Below are positions 16,886 through 30,505 of a DNA stretch of 64,000 nt, piece after piece (positions within the stretch are counted from its first letter, which is position 1; each line of letters begins with the position of its first letter). The stretch lies in the NCBI RefSeq assembly GCF_006345805.1, contig NC_043011.1, positions 34,608,464-34,672,463 on the forward strand, read 5' to 3'. Origin of the DNA: Octopus sinensis. Its lineage: Eukaryota. Made by a program: the position numbers and the translations under genes. The notes below the pieces were generated by a model that saw only the letters and a program-made list of their open reading frames with translations, was not told the origin of the DNA and made no database searches.

Positions 16886-17318
16886 ATACATGTTTAAGTT
16901 TTCTTCGGTCAGTTCTCATTTTATAAACATCAAACTGTATACGTGATAGAGTATGGCATACATTTTAAGAATTTTAAGTGAATTAATGAATATCAAATAG
17001 GCACTGCTTTAGAAGTGCATTATTAGAATCTGTTTAATACAATATTTTAAAATTGTTTTCAAAGTTTATATTATATTTTAAGTATATATTTAAGCTTTGT
17101 CCAGAAAATCCTGATATCCGAGTCACTTCCGGTCCCAAGCTTCTCGAATATTTGATCCGGTACCAAACTCAAAACTTGACTTCAGTAACACTGGCAGCTA
17201 CACTACATAGCAATTATAACGCGGAAACGACGCGATGTTTAAGTAGTAACGACAATAGAGTACTCAACTGTATGCGTGCGCGAGTGTGTGTGCGTATGTA
17301 CAACGTGTAGTGACTTAC

Positions 17319-17433
17319 ATTTGACAGGCTGCGTCGCACAAGAACGTCCAGAACTTTTCAACGTTGGCTTCACAAGCTTTCACACAGTCGCCACTCAGAT
17401 TCAGACCTTTGATGTGCTGAATTACATCGTTGA
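17319..17433 (-). CDS. Paralog B: orphan mature-peptide exon (NDVIQHIKGLNLSGDCVKACEANVEKFWTFLCDAACQ)
   Basis: tttctcttacag| acceptor and |gtaagtc donor intact. 115-nt open frame, same phases as genes A and C, 24/37 aa identical to gene C. I found no signal or terminal exon of its own. Confidence 0.75.
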
Positions 17434-17961
17434 CTGTAAGAGAAATTGGGGAAAAAATGTTGAATAATGATGCTTGTAATGTTGAATAATTAATATAAGC
17501 GCAAGAATTTCATACATTTATGAGGAAGAATACAGTCCGGGAGACGAATAAAGGCACGGAAACCGGCAATACGTATTTTGTCTTTCATATTTAATGAAGT
17601 GCGTCACGTTGAGAAGTATAATTAATAGACAGAATCTATCTATATCATGTTGATATTTATTGTGGAAGGGCTTATGAAATTTTATGACATTTATACTTTT
17701 CTCGTTGTTATCGGCGAAGTAATGAAAAATGTCTTCGAATATTCAGTGAATAATACAAAGTATTAGTGATTTACAAAGTTTTCAGTGACAAGCAGAATGA
17801 TTCTTTCAAATTTTGGTACAAGACGAACAGTTATTTGAGAGGAAAGAAAAAATCGATTAAATCAACGCCAGTAGTCGAGTGATACTTATCGACACTGAGT
17901 CATAAAAAACAGAGTCGGCCTCAGCAGAATTTGAACTAAGAACGTCGAAATGTCGCTAAGC

Positions 17962-18130
17962 CCTTGTTTGCGTGAGCCTGCCGTACTACAGCTGTCTGGG
18001 TTACAGGGTTGTCAGTTATTATGATGACATGGCTAGTCCAACGTAACTGAGCCTTCAGCAACATTGACTCAATGTTTGTTAAACAAGTTCTGTCTAGCCC
18101 TTCTTGGTTTGTCACACTGTCTGTCATAGT
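17962..18130 (-). mobile_element. RTE-like LINE 3' fragment
   Basis: IESMLLKAQLRWTSHV resembles the C-terminal region of RTE ORF2. Confidence 0.6.
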
Positions 18131-18165
18131 CGAGAAAAAAACAAGACAGCGGTTCTAGAGAGCAT

Positions 18166-18203
<38 letters not shown>

Positions 18204-18207
<4 letters not shown>

Positions 18208-20261
18208 TAAACCAAACAAGAAAACAAAAAAACACAACAACGCAAGGACGTGGAACAAATAAAGTATTATTGGACGCTCAATAGCCTAGATTTGTTCGTG
18301 AACGACTGCAACGCGTTGGTCCACCAGTTTAACTTTAAACAAAGACCCCTCCGAGACAACCTCACTCGGGCTGAATTGATTGCCCTTCACCACCTCCGTC
18401 GCCGCAATGACATTGTCATCAAACCGGCGGACAAAGGCGGAGCAGTGGTGGTGTGGCGCGCAGATCTATACAGGGAGGAAGCGCTCAGCCAGCTTCAAAA
18501 TCCCCTCTTCTATCGCCTCCTCCCATCCGATCCCACCTCTTCTTACCAACAGCGAGTGTCCTCCACCATCCTCGACTTCATCTCCTCTTCTGCTCTCCCC
18601 CCAACCGCCACGAACCTCATCGTCCGCACACCCCACACCTCCACCATCTATTTCCTTCCCAAAATTCATAAACCCAATAACCCTGGCCGCCACATCGTTT
18701 CCGCCTGTAATTGCCCCACTGAACACCTTTCCCTATACCTCGACCACATCCTGCCCCCTTTAGTCGCAGCCCTCCCATCCCACATACATGACACCAACCA
18801 CGCCCTCCGTCTCTTCAATTCCTTTTCCTTCCCTTCCAGCCCCTCACACCTCCTCTTCACCTTAGACATAAAATCCCTATATACGGTAATTCCCCACAAC
18901 GACGGTCTCTTAGCCCTCCAACACTTCCTCGACCGTTGTCCCGACCCCACCCTCAGCACCCCACCCTTCTCATCCTGGCAGAGCTCGTCCTCACCCTCAA
19001 CTGTTTCACGTTCGCCAGGGAAACGTACCAACAGTAGGCCGAGGTCGCGATGGGAACGAGAATGGGCCCCAATTTCGCCAATCTCTTTCTTGGCTACATT
19101 GAGGCCAGAGTATTCTCCCAATTCTCCGGGCCGACCCCAGAACTATACGGTCGCTACATAGACGACTGCATAGGCGCCACCTCCATTTCCCGCGAACAAC
19201 TCTGCCTTTTCATCTCTTTCCTCTCTAACTTCCACCCCTCTCTTCATCACCAACACAACTTCTGTCACCGGTTCCAACCAGCGAACTGTACGTATCAGAC
19301 ATTCTTTTACGTGTACTTCGTCTGGCCTCATATACTGCATTAAATGCAACCTCTGCGGAATGCTGTATATAGGACAGACGGGACGCCGGTTGTCAGACCG
19401 ATTCGCCGAACATCTAAGGGATATTCGTCTACGGTCCTATTCTCCCGTCGCACGTCACTTCCGTTCGGCCAGCCATTCCCCCGATGACATCTCTGTGTTT
19501 GATCTCGCCCAACACAACGGTCCTCCACAATCCAGGCTTCTCTTGGAGCAACGTTTCATCTTCACTCTACAAACCAATACCCCACACGGACTCAACACAT
19601 CCCCCTCCTCTTAGTGACTGCGCTCCACCTCTCTCTCTCCCTTTTTTTTCCTCATACAGAAACACACACACATACTCACGTTTCCACGAACACACCTACT
19701 TCCAACACACCACACACAAACAACCTACATGCACATGTACGCACACATACTACAACCTACATGCACATGTACGCACACATACTTCCACACCTTTACACTC
19801 ACCCACACACCCCACGCGCACACACACATGCCCATGCACACACACCAACAAACAATACTCATACAGATACGCACACTCTTATAAACACCTAGCAGAGACA
19901 CACACACATACACGCACGTAAGCGCACACACGAACACAAGCACGCGCATGTACCTTACGCCCACACAACTCCATTTCAAACCCCACGCACACGCATACAT
20001 TCACACACACACATACATACGTACACACACATACATACATACATTCATACATACATACATACATACATACACACACACACAAAACATACACATACACACA
20101 TACACACACACATATACATACATACATACACACACACATACATACACACACACATACATACACTCATACACACACACATACACACATACATACACACATA
20201 CACACACATACATACGCACATACATACATGCATACATACATACATACATACATACATACAT

Positions 20262-20293
<32 letters not shown>

Positions 20294-22307
20294 GTACACG
20301 CATGCACACATACATACATACATACACACACATACACGCATGCAAACATACATACACACACACAAACATACATACATACACACACATACACTTACACACA
20401 TACACACATACATACACACATACACACACATACATACATACATACATACATACACACATACATACATACACACACATATACACACACACATACACACACA
20501 CATACATACATACATACATACATACACACATACATACACACATACACACTCACACATACATACATACACATATACATACATACATACACACACACACATA
20601 AATACACACACACACATACATACATACATACATACATACATACATGCATATGGGGTTGGCTCACACATATAAACCCCTACATTTGTACACACATGCACAT
20701 ATATACATACATTCACTCCCATGCACGTACACACACACGCACACACACATTTACATATATATACAATACACGCACACACACATACACACGTACAAACACA
20801 CACAAATTCACATACACACCGACACATATACATACACATAATATATACATACACGTGCACGCACACATACACATACGTACACACATATAAGCACGGACAG
20901 ACACATACAAACGCACACATACACGCACACACAACTACACGCACATACACACACACACACACACAAATGAACCCACACATACATCCCATACACACGGCAC
21001 ACGACCATACATACACGCACACCTATACAAACACGCACACAATTACACATACATATATATACACACACACGCACACATACACTAAGTTAAGCACAGTTAC
21101 TCGCCACACACCCAAACTCTAAGCATACACACACAAACACACACATACAAACACACACACTACAAACAAAACACACACACGAGACAGATACATACACACA
21201 CACACACATACCTCTTTGTTTTTGACCTGTGATTGGACCTAAAACACCACTCCTTAATTCTTACATACTGGCCTGCTACTAGCCACGCCATACAGACATA
21301 CACACACACACGCACACACACGCACACACACACACACACACGTGTCATCATTGCACACATACACACACCCGCGCACACGCTGACCTCCCCGCGCGCACAT
21401 ACCCACACACATTCCCCCTCTCACTTTCCTTACCAGACTGTCTTTGATAAACTCTCCTGTCTTTAAAAGACATTATTCTTCTTCTATCTTACTACTTCCG
21501 TCTTTCAGTATGTGACCTCGTGAGTACCACCGGCGATTTTTTTTTCCCCAGCTCCAAAAGGCAATCCTGATTGTCGTGACGCTGCGGGGACCCGTGGAAG
21601 AATGCGCAAAGTTTGAGGAAAAGTTATCGTAGTCACGGACAGATTATTTTTGATTTCCAATCACGATTTCAGTGGCGTACTCCGGAAGAATGGTAACAGT
21701 AATCCTTAGGTGTAAAAATCCAGGAATTGGTATCCAAGGCACTAAGTATCCGTGTGAGCGTGCAGTATATAAAGTTAATCCAAACAAGAAAACAAAAAAA
21801 CACAACAACGCAAGGACGTGGAACAAATAAAGTATTATTGGACGCTCAGGAAAGAAGGGAAGAAGGAGGGTTTAACGTTTCGAGCGGAGCTCTTCGTCGG
21901 AAACATAGGAGAAGAAAAGATCCCGAGAAGGGAAGACAGAGGAAAAAAATCGCCGGTGGTACTCACGAGGTCACATACTGAAAGACGGAAGTAGTAAGGT
22001 AGAAGAATAATAATGTTTTTTAAAGACAGGAGAGTTTATCAAAGACAGTATGGTAAAGAAAGTGAGAAGGGGAATGTGTGTGGGTGTGTGCGCGCGGGGA
22101 GGTCAGCGTGTGCGCGGGTGTGTGTATGTGTACAATGATGACACGTGTGTGTGTGTGTACGTGTGTATGTATGTGTGTATGGCGTGGCTAGTAGCAGGCC
22201 AGTATGTAAGAATTAAGGAGTGGTGTTTTAGGTCAAATCACAGGTCAAAAACAAAGAGGTATGTGTGTGTGCGTGTTTGTATATGTATCGTGTGTGTGTT
22301 TTGTTTG

Positions 22308-22358
<51 letters not shown>

Positions 22359-22555
22359 CGTAGAGTTTGGGTGTGTGGCGAGTAACTGTGCTTAACTTAG
22401 TGTATGAGTGCGTGTGTGTGTGTATATATATGTACGTGTAATTGTGTGCGTGTATGTATATGTGTGCGTGTATGTATGGTTGTGTGCTGTGTGTATGGGA
22501 TGTATGTGTGTTTGTACGTGTGTATATGTGTGTGCGTGTGTGTGTACGTGCGTGG
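18204..22555. mobile_element. Penelope-like retroelement complex: plus-strand RT + GIY-YIG (18283-19614) with long CA-rich 3' region, and an inverted copy of the 3' region (~21700-22555)
   Basis: IVIKPADKGGAVVV, YFLPKIHK, LDIKSLYT, MGTRMGPNFAN, YGRYIDD and LYIGQTGRRLSDRFAEH. ~20900-21545 is the reverse complement of ~21945-22555. A ~78-bp direct repeat lies at 18204 and 21771. Confidence 0.88.
21868..21908 (-). ncRNA. Minimal type I hammerhead ribozyme-like motif (variant core) in Penelope-like terminus
   Basis: Minus strand gttt-CCGACGA-a-gagc tcc gctc-GAAAC GTT-aaac. Stems I and II pair. The core differs from the canonical CUGANGA. Confidence 0.55.
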
Positions 22556-22813
22556 GAATATATATATATATATTTATATATTTGTTTATTGCCAACGAGG
22601 GACTAAACATAGAGGACACAAACAAGGACAGACAAAGGGATTAAGTCGATTACATCGACCCCAGTGCGTAACTGGTACTAATTTATCGACCCAGAAAGGA
22701 TGAAAGGTAAAGTCGACCTCGGCGGAATTTGAACTCACAACGTAACAGCAGACGAAATACGGCTACGCATTTTGCCCGGCGTGCTAACGATTCTGCCAGC
22801 TCGCGCCTTTATT

Positions 22814-22942
<129 letters not shown>

Positions 22943-22952
22943 TAATCAATAT

Positions 22953-23955
22953 AGGCCGTTCCTTGATTGTTGATGTTGAACTTAAAAATGGTCTATGACT
23001 ATTTAATTTTTTCCCACTAGGCCGCTGGTGGCAAAAAAATTCTACAAAATTTTTTTTGCCACCCTATATTGATTAATTATGAATTTTCTGGTTAATTCCG
23101 TAATGGAATCGACGGCTTATATTTATTTGCTGCCGATAAATTTGGCGCGAGTGCGATGATTTGAAAATTTTAGGTCAGATATTACCTTGGCTGGGTCGGA
23201 AATGCCTCGTGAAAATATCTGTTCCGACTTGTGGCTATTTCTTACTGAAGAATCTGAGGGCCTATGGAAGATTGGCTTGATTTAATTTAATCAGGTTAGT
23301 TTACCATTAAACAGCAGATGAAACGGTGCATCGTATAAGAAATTACAAGGTAAATGTTTTTTAATTTTCTCCTGTTACGGAATTGACTTTTATTTGCGGT
23401 TGAAGCTTTGGCTGTTATTTCTAGTGGGTGAATGGCCTATTATGGCCGTTCCTTGATTGTTGATGTTGAACTTAAAAATGGTCTATGACTATTTATTTTT
23501 TCCCACTAGGCCGCTGGTGGCAAAAAAATTCTACAAAATTTTTTTTGCCACCCTATATTGATTAATTATGAATTTTCTGGTTAATTCCGTAATGGAATCG
23601 ACGGCTTATTTTATTTGCTGCCGATAAATTTGGCGCGAGTGCGATGATTTGAAAATTTTAGGTCAGATATTATTACCTTGGCTGGGTCGGAAATGCCTCG
23701 TGAAAATATCTGTTCCGACTTGTGGCTATTTCTACTGAAGAATCTGAGGGCCTATGGAAGATTGGCTTGATTTAATTTAATCAGGTTAGTTTACCATTAA
23801 ACAGCAGATGAAACGGTGCATCGTATAAGAAATTACAGGGTAAATGTTTTTTAAATTTTCTCCTGTTTACGGAATTGACTTTTATTTGCGGTTGAAGCTT
23901 TGGTTGTTATTTCTAGTGGGTGAATGGCCTATTATGGCCGTTCCTTGATTGTTGA
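22953..23955. repeat. ~490-bp tandem duplication (2 copies plus start of a third) between (TA)n tracts
   Basis: ggccgttccttgattgttgat starts at ~22953, ~23444 and ~23936, with near-identical intervening sequence. Confidence 0.93.
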
Positions 23956-24015
<60 letters not shown>

Positions 24016-24097
24016 CATATATATATATATGTATATAATATATATAATATATATAATATATACATTATATATATATATTATATATATATATATTATG

Positions 24098-24131
<34 letters not shown>

Positions 24132-24132
24132 G

Positions 24133-24211
<79 letters not shown>

Positions 24212-24386
24212 TATATATAATATATGTATATATTATATATATATATTATATATGTATATAGATATATTATATAATATATATATGTATATATATATATATA
24301 TATATGATATATATATATATATGTATATGTATATGTATATATATATAATATATATATTATATAATATATATATGTATATATATGTA

Positions 24387-24446
<60 letters not shown>
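23956..24446. repeat. Degenerate (TA)n microsatellite
   Basis: Directly visible. Confidence 0.95.
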
Positions 24447-24449
<3 letters not shown>

Positions 24450-24607
24450 TTTGGCGGGCTTCTTACAGTTTGCCCAGGACTGTAGTAAAAAACATAATAT
24501 ATAAATAAAAAAATGAAATCCATGTTCTTTTTGTGTGTCTGATAAAGTTTATTTCATTTTTATGTTACATATGTAAAAGAGAATTTAGAATGAAAGTGGT
24601 CCAGTTG

Positions 24608-24632
24608 TTAGTCGCCGCTTCCTCCCAAGACA
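24608..24632 (-). CDS. Gene C terminal coding exon ((I)VLGGSGD*)
   Basis: Strong polypyrimidine acceptor ttttttttcag|t, in-frame stop, and downstream AATAAA. Confidence 0.8.
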
Positions 24633-25229
24633 CTGAAAAAAAAATCAAAGAAAAGAAATTTAGTTTATCAATTATTTTTACATTTATTATTGTACGTTCA
24701 AACGGTACTTACTCTACCCACCCCTAAACGATGAAATGCAACAGTGACAGCAGAAGAATTTGAACTCAGAATATAAAGCTAGAAACAAATACCGTGAAAC
24801 GTTTTGTTCGACGTGCTAACAGTTTCACCAGCTTGCCGCCGCGCAGCCTCCGGCCTAGTAAATGCCGTTTTGTTCTCGTAACTTTTAACCCCTAACTCCC
24901 ATAGCAATACCTGCACGTATAATCCTTTCTATTATAAGTAAAAAGCCTGAAATTTTAAGGGAGAGAGTTAGTTGATGACATCGACCCTCAGGGCTCAACT
25001 AGTACTTATTTCATCAACTTCGAAAGGACGAGAGGCAAAGTCGACCTCGGCGGAATTTGAACTCAAGAAGTGAGAAACGAACGAAATGCTGCTAAGCATT
25101 TTCTCCGGCTGCTAATGTTTCTGTCCGCTCGCAATCTTACCAGCAGCTAGAATAATTGCATTTTGTAATTAAATGCTTCTTTTTATAGTAAAGGACTATT
25201 GCATAATGTGAATAACTCATATCTATCTA

Positions 25230-25284
<55 letters not shown>

Positions 25285-27486
25285 CTGAAGTTGTCTGTGT
25301 ATGGCAGGTTTGGTAGCCTTCAACTAACACTATCTCCTCCGAGACCCTGCGGCGCAAGTTGAGCAAAATTGAGAGTATGATAGAAGAAGGCTTGCTCTTC
25401 ATTCCGTAGAAGATAAAATTCAAATCGGACCATGTTAAGACCAAAAATTATTTACATCAAAAAGGTGTTTTTTTTCTATGAAAATCCCTATTTTTTACGA
25501 TTTTTTGACTGCTGTGTCGCCATCTTTCAGTGTATTTCAAAATTTTTACTTTTCCAAAATTCCAATTCTAAAGGATCGAAACAAACCCAAGCAACGCTGG
25601 TCGATACTGCTAGTAAGTGATAATTTAATATTAAGTTAGATATGTATTTTTCATAGACATTAATTGAAATATTTTGTTAGATTCTCCAAAATAGCTTGTT
25701 GAATTTAAAGTATGAAGGACTAAAGATTAGGTGTGTGTGTGTGTGTGTGTGTGTTTGTGTGTGTGTACTTGAATTCTGATTGGATGAATACAGCTTTAAT
25801 AAAAGAACATTTCTAATATCCACATTAAATGTTTGACTCGCTGTTTTCATAAACTTCCAACATGTAATTTATCTAATAACTTGAAACCCAAGCAAGCAGG
25901 ATTTGAACTTGAAATCTCCAAGTTACTGAAACCTATACCATAAATGGTGTATCAGAATTATTTACCCATTAAAACATTGGATTTTCTTTCGCAAAGCAAT
26001 ATAAGTTCTTGTGTATTGTATCGATTGATTCTCGCACTTCTATTCTGGCAAATACTGAAGAGGCTATATTTGCTGACGAAGTCTGAGTAATATTATTTTC
26101 TACTCTAAGTGCAAGGCCCGAAATTTGGTGGGAGGGGGCCAGTCGATTAGAACGACCCTAGTATGCAACTGGTACTTAATTTATCGATCCCGAAAGGATG
26201 AAAGGCAAAGTCGACCTCGGAGGGAAGTCTGAGTAATATTGAAACATATTTTGCGTTGTCTCTCGTACTTAGACAAACCAATATCTAGTTTTTAAGTTGC
26301 AATATAAATATTTCTAATTTGGCTTCCCGTTATGTACCTGCATTAAATATAATACACAGATTCTATTTTAAACAAATACTTCTTCCCTTGCATATATCGA
26401 ATTTTTATTTAGCCATCAAGCTGATTGCGACATCAATGTTTTCCTGTATCAGTGACAACGGATTTTGTCACGCCTGCCAGTGATTGCTTGCTACAGATGA
26501 AAGCCAAAAATATAAAAATGCGCATTGAGCAGTGTGCCACCACTGCTGTTGCACGATTTTCGTCAGTTTTTGAGACATTTTTGGGGATTAATTAAGTTTG
26601 TACGTCTATAAGAGATATTGTTTTGGGACAAATACCGTAGTTAATTTGGCTTTCGTGATATATCTGCGTTTAATAAGATACACAATTGCTATTTCGAATT
26701 AGCGTTATTCAATGTGTCTTTCATTGTATTATTTATTTTCCCCTGTTTCTTTTTTAATCATTCAACTAAAACTGAAGGGAAAGGCGCTGTGCCCAATATA
26801 TTTTTCAAGGCTCTGGAAAACGGTGGAAAGAAAAGAGAATGTTACCACCAGATCAGAGACCCAAGCAAGACACTGCAATAGATTAAGTTTCTGCTTAAAG
26901 CATTCGGATGATGACGCTAAAGCCGAAAGAAAGGAATAAGTTGACCATCCTAGACAAGTAACATCCTCTACCGTGGTTTTCCACACAGTCTCTGACAACT
27001 AAATTTTACTAATAATATCTTGGTAGATCGGAAGATATGCGGGTGTGAGTCGCAAATAACTTAATTAATTGAAATAGTAAAACTAATGAGAAAAAATAGC
27101 AATTACCATTAATGAAATTTATTCTCAAGAAGAACAAGGGCGGTAATCCCCGAAATTTTGTTCAACCAAAAGTTGAATTTAGATGGAAACAGAAACAAGC
27201 AGTGAGAGGAGTGAATCTAATCTCTGGCAACTGCATTGACAACTCCAGGTATGTTTCAGTCTCAATGGACCTCCTCAGCAAAATATAGAACATTCTATAA
27301 TTGCCAGGATGTCAGGACGACTAACAAAAGTAGTTTGGTTGTTTCTTTGTGTATACGTGCGTATAGGCGTATGTGTGCGTTAATCAATGTATGTATATGT
27401 GTGATGTGTGTGCGAGTGTGTATGCGTGGTGTGTATGTATGCATGTGTGTATGCACGTGTATGTATGCATGCTTGTGTGTGTATAC

Positions 27487-27530
<44 letters not shown>

Positions 27531-28834
27531 TGCGTGCGTGTGTGTGTGTGTATACGCTGTACAGTAACTTACATTTTACAGGCTGCGCCGCACAAGAAAG
27601 TCCAGAACTTTTTAACGTTAGCTTCACAAGCACTCACACAGCCGTCGTCCAAATTCAGATTTCTGATGTGGTTAACTATATCAGTTACTGTAAAAGAAAT
27701 GAGAAGAATTGCTGTACAATGATGTTTGTAATGTTAAAGTTTAACAAGTACAAGATGGCCACTCATTCTGATGGGAGAATGCAGTCGGGGAGACGAAAAC
27801 GACAGACTGGAGTCATTAAGATTCTAACACAGAACTTAGCAGATGTAATTATGCACCGCAAGGGAATTTTCCGTTGCTCAACTGCTTATCCTTTAAATGT
27901 GATATCTACTTCTCTTCTCAGGTGCATTATTTCTCTGTTGAGTTGGTCATAAGTGCTTTTATTCTATCCTCATTCCCAGAACTGCTGCTCTCTAGAGCTA
28001 ACCACCCACGTCTTGTTTTCTTCTTCTCAACTATAACATTCAGTTCTTTAAGCTTTCTATCAATCAGCATCTTTTGAATATATAGGTTCCTTCTTTACTT
28101 TTTCTTTGTAGTCCCTTAAGCCACAGTGGCTTCAAACCCTGTTTGGGACTAATCGTATAAAATAGATAGAAAAACAGATAAATAAAAACCCATTGCCTTT
28201 AACAACGTTTATAGCGATTTCTAAAAATGCAGCCCCTTTTAATAGTGTTTGTAACGTTCAGCTATACACAGGAAATGGCTTTAAACTGCATCCGGTAGTG
28301 GGCCCCTAGTTCGGGAGTTCCAGGGTTCTGAGGACTGTAGAACTACCTTTTACTCACCATTGTTCCCAGATCTATTCTCACCCGAAGTAGTAGCACCCGT
28401 CAGGCCCCCAGATATGGATTAAATAGTATGTAATCACCCGAGCCAGGATTCACTGAAATCGTGGGATGCAGCATGGTGTCTGTGAACTATTTCGGCAAAT
28501 GAATATAGTAAATCAGTGACGAATATGTTTATATATATGTGTGTGTGTGTGTGTGTATGTATATATCGCCATGTTGATTCGCTAGCCTCTGCACGCATTT
28601 TTTTTCTCTCTCCTTCTTTCTGTGTTTTTTCTCTGTGTATCTTTCTGTTGAAGAGCGTAGGCTCGAAACGTTAAAGACTTGTTTTATTTATATTTCCTGA
28701 GCGCCATACTAATACAATTGTTTGTTTGTATTCCACCTGCCTTCGTCTTTTGTTTATTTCCGTAAACCTGCCTTCGTCTTTTTGTCTATTTTCATAAAGC
28801 TTCCCGTTATATATATATATATATATATAAATAA

Positions 28835-28925
<91 letters not shown>

Positions 28926-30148
28926 CAAGTATGTATGTGTGTGTGTGGTTTTGTGCCTGTTTGTTCCAGCTACCACCTGAAACTGGTGTTGGCTTCTTTA
29001 TTTCCCCGTAACCTAGTGGTTCGGCAAAAGGAGCCGCTAGAATAAGTTCCAAACTTTAAAAAAATAATTACCGGGGTCTGAGTTGTTCGACTAAACCTTT
29101 TCAGGCGGTACCCCAGCATGGGCGCAGTCCGTTGGCCAAAACTGGTAAAAAGTAACAGATGAAAGGCAATGGTTCCACACACGCCGTCACGTGCGAGTGC
29201 CCATGCACAACAAAGCCCCCATCACGGGCACTAAGCACCTACTACTGCAGAGCCGCTCTAACCACCCACGCAGCCTTCCTTTCTATGCAGTCCTCAACCG
29301 GCATTTTAGAGGCTTTTTATCTTTTACCTTTTACTCGCTTCGGTCATTGGATTACGACCATGCTTCGGATATTTAACCGAACAAATCGACTCCAATCACA
29401 TATTTTAAAATGTGGCACTTATTCTATCGATCTATTTTACCGAACTGCTAAGTTACGTGGACGTAAACAAACCAACACAGATTGTCAAGCAGTGGGGAGA
29501 CAGATGCAAGACACAAAGGCGTAAAACACACACACACACATATGTGTGAGTATGTGCGTGTGTGTGTGTGTGTATGTGTGTGTATGTGTACGACGGATTT
29601 CAACGTAGTTTCCCTTTACCAGATCCCCTCACAACGCTTTGCCCGGCCCGGGAGTATAGTAAAAGAAACTAAACCAAGGAGTCACGCATTGAGATTGAAC
29701 CTGAAACCACATGTTTGGGAGACAAACTTTTTACCACACAGCCATCCATAAAAATTCATTATATATTTAACGTTATGTTGGAACTGCTCAGAGGGCGTTA
29801 GTGACTGTTACAAGATCAAAAAAGAGATGTTTGAGTAAAAATGGCAGATGAGCACCGTTTTGGGACAAATTGGGAAAAAGAGCGAAAAAAAATGAAGAAT
29901 CCGTAATCTTAAGAAGCGCAGAAGACATTGGATTACATGATTCTGAAGGAAAGGTAATCGCTTTGAGTGTTGACCTGGGGTTAAACAACAATAATATCAT
30001 ACAATCATATCTCTCATTCTAATGCACAAAGAGTCTTTATACAGTTCTGTTTTTACTTACTTGAAAGTCTTTTGTCGACCTCCTCATCATAGAGGCTGGC
30101 AGCGAAGACGATGGGAAGCAATACTAAAAACAAAAGGACGACCTTCAT
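24608..30148 (-). CDS. Gene C: secreted 4-Cys peptide precursor, join(30061-30148, 27573-27687, 24608-24632), 75 aa MKVVLLFLVLLPIVFAASLYDEEVDKRLSITDIVNHIRNLNLDDGCVSACEANVKKFWTFLCGAACKIVLGGSGD
   Basis: GT-AG junctions with consistent phases (88+115+25=228 nt). Signal peptide, acidic propiece and KR dibasic site. AATAAA at 24548-24553 (minus). Confidence 0.9.
25270..25614 (+). mobile_element. Non-autonomous Helitron-like element
   Basis: Starts tatataaagctgaagttgtc and ends with a degenerate hairpin plus gatactgctagt. An inverted copy lies at ~44655-45008. Confidence 0.6.
27573..27687 (-). CDS. Gene C mature-peptide exon
   Basis: tttcttttacag| and |gtaagtt sites, 115-nt open frame, C-x3-C-x11-C-x3-C. 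Confidence 0.9.
28638..28680 (+). ncRNA. Minimal hammerhead ribozyme-like motif in a Penelope-type terminal fragment (~28565-28810)
   Basis: tcttt-CTGTTGA-a-gagc gtag gctc-GAAACGTT-aaaga. Stems pair. One core base deviates from CUGANGA. Confidence 0.55.
30061..30148 (-). CDS. Gene C signal/propeptide exon
   Basis: ttttcag|acATG start and |gtaagta donor. Encodes MKVVLLFLVLLPIVFAASLYDEEVDKRLS. Confidence 0.9.
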
Positions 30149-30186
30149 GTCTGAAAAATAAAAATAAACGACAGACAGACAAATAT

Positions 30187-30252
<66 letters not shown>

Positions 30253-30333
30253 GGATGGATGGATGGATGGATGGCTAGATAGCGATAGAGAGAGAGAGGT
30301 AGATGCTTGTTGTGTGTGTTTATGTATGTAGAC

Positions 30334-30413
<80 letters not shown>

Positions 30414-30444
30414 TGCCCGGAGAAGACGACCGAACCCGATCGCT

Positions 30445-30479
<35 letters not shown>

Positions 30480-30499
30480 ATGAACCTGCAGAAGGATCA
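30414..30499 (+). pseudogene. 18S rRNA 3'-terminal fragment (dispersed pseudogene), fused to a SINE
   Basis: tagaggaagtaaaagtcgtaacaaggtttccgtagatgaacctgcagaaggatca matches the conserved eukaryotic 18S 3' end, with 2 substitutions in the terminal helix. Confidence 0.9.
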
Positions 30500-30505
30500 A
30501 AGAAA

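Noticed and set aside
16885-16940. Possible terminal exon for paralog B (atacag|t ttg atg ttt ata aaa tga)
   Set aside because: Weak acceptor and no clear similarity to the 3'UTRs of genes A and C.
19614-21466. Long His/Thr- or Cys/Val-rich ORFs (also 7737-8094, 22392-22703, 23924-24523, 35067-35507, 43592-43891, 62659-63014)
   Set aside because: These are translations of CA, TA, TACA and TTA microsatellites.
26905-26935. Hammerhead-like atgatga...gaaa
   Set aside because: The core and stem II are too degenerate to support.
27236-27952. 238-aa plus-strand ORF
   Set aside because: It spans a microsatellite and is antisense to the real gene C exon, so it is a chance open frame.
30414-30499. 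Functional rDNA unit
   Set aside because: Only ~86 nt, with substitutions in the conserved terminal helix and no ITS or upstream 18S.
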